From Haladaptatus cibarius D43 (GTDB taxonomy: Archaea > Halobacteriota > Halobacteria > Halobacteriales > Haladaptataceae), in the NCBI RefSeq assembly GCF_000710615.1, contig NZ_JDTH01000002.1, positions 154,082 through 178,081 of the forward strand: a DNA stretch of 24,000 nt, given 5' to 3'. The notes beneath the pieces are model-generated. The model had not been told where the DNA came from, made no database searches, and worked only from the letters and a program-made list of their open reading frames with translations. Every line of letters begins with the position of its first letter. The stretch's first letter is position 1. The translations under genes were made by a program, and so were the position numbers. Shown here piece after piece: positions 23,562-24,000 of the stretch.

Positions 23562-24000
23562 CCGGCCGATAGTTGTGGGCGGTCGGTCGGCCAACAACAG
23601 TTCACAAAGCGGGACGCGACGTTAAGAGCAGATTAATTCTGTCTCCCGATGGTTGTGTCGTCTGAATTAGTCGTTTCTGTAGTGAGAACATATCCCGGTT
23701 GCGTCCTGTGAATCAACAATAAATGGTTTGGCAGACGTCATCAGAATTCGGGTCGAACAGTTGAGAGATATGAAAGTATGTCTGAAGTGATTTTATTTTA
23801 AACCTGTCCTCACATCGAAGATGATGCTGACGCGTTCGATTACACGAACCGACAGTGTCGTCGTTGAGATACGCAGAACGGAGGAACGACCGCGAGTTTC
23901 AGCAATCGAGAGTCGTTCCGTCGCGTGGGTTGCCCTCGGCGTCCGTTCCTTTGGTTCGGTACGTTTCGTCGTCGGTCACGAGGTACGCCGCTTTGACGAG

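Noticed and set aside
23789-24000. Possible gene at the right edge. One option is a + strand ORF from ATG 23821, with TTTTATTTTA 26 nt upstream. The other is the 3' end of a - strand ORF entering from beyond 24000 (...LVKAAYLVTDDETYRTKGTDAEGNPRDGTTLDC, stop near 23900)
   Set aside because: The two readings are mutually exclusive, and too little sequence is available. The - strand frame looks more halophile-like (acidic, higher GC3), whereas the + strand frame has the better promoter geometry. I could not fix the frame with confidence by hand, so neither is reported as a feature.
1-24000. Search for tRNA, rRNA, transposase, integrase, toxin-antitoxin or defence-system genes
   Set aside because: No T-loop/acceptor-type tRNA signatures, rRNA-like segments or transposase/integrase-like ORFs were seen. 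Every ORF of 150 aa or more that is not a shadow frame is accounted for by che, arl, grpB, bcp or the hypothetical genes listed.

Overview
This window is a haloarchaeal (Halobacteria-type) motility and chemotaxis supercluster. Supporting signs are strongly acidic proteins, roughly 58-65% GC in coding regions, and AT-rich intergenic regions with TATA boxes about 27-30 nt upstream of start codons (leaderless-type promoters). On the + strand: the 3' part of an archaellin gene, a HEAT/PBS-lyase repeat protein, a soluble PAS-containing methyl-accepting transducer, and cheF1. On the - strand: a low-GC grpB-family gene, cheF2, the tightly packed archaellum operon (FlaC-FlaD/E fusion, arlF, arlG, arlH, arlI, arlJ), and the chemotaxis operon cheW | cheY-cheB-cheA-cheC-cheC-cheD-cheR, most with 1-4 nt start/stop overlaps. 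This order matches what I recall of the Halobacterium salinarum che/fla region (HEAT protein OE2401F, CheF1 OE2402F, CheF2 OE2404R). The right flank (20.9-24 kb) holds ordinary or uncharacterised small genes: a 240-aa acidic protein next to cheW, a 73-aa winged-helix protein, a Bcp peroxiredoxin translationally coupled to a 97-aa protein, and a 128-aa protein built from two tandem repeats. I found no tRNA, rRNA, CRISPR array, transposase or recognisable defence system. I see no convincing evidence for a wholly new multi-gene system. The best leads are: (1) a TATC-N6-GATA dyad 11-13 nt upstream of the TATA box at the arl, cheY and cheW promoters; (2) a long imperfect inverted-repeat element plus low-GC grpB inserted between the two cheF paralogs; (3) the uncharacterised small proteins on the right flank.
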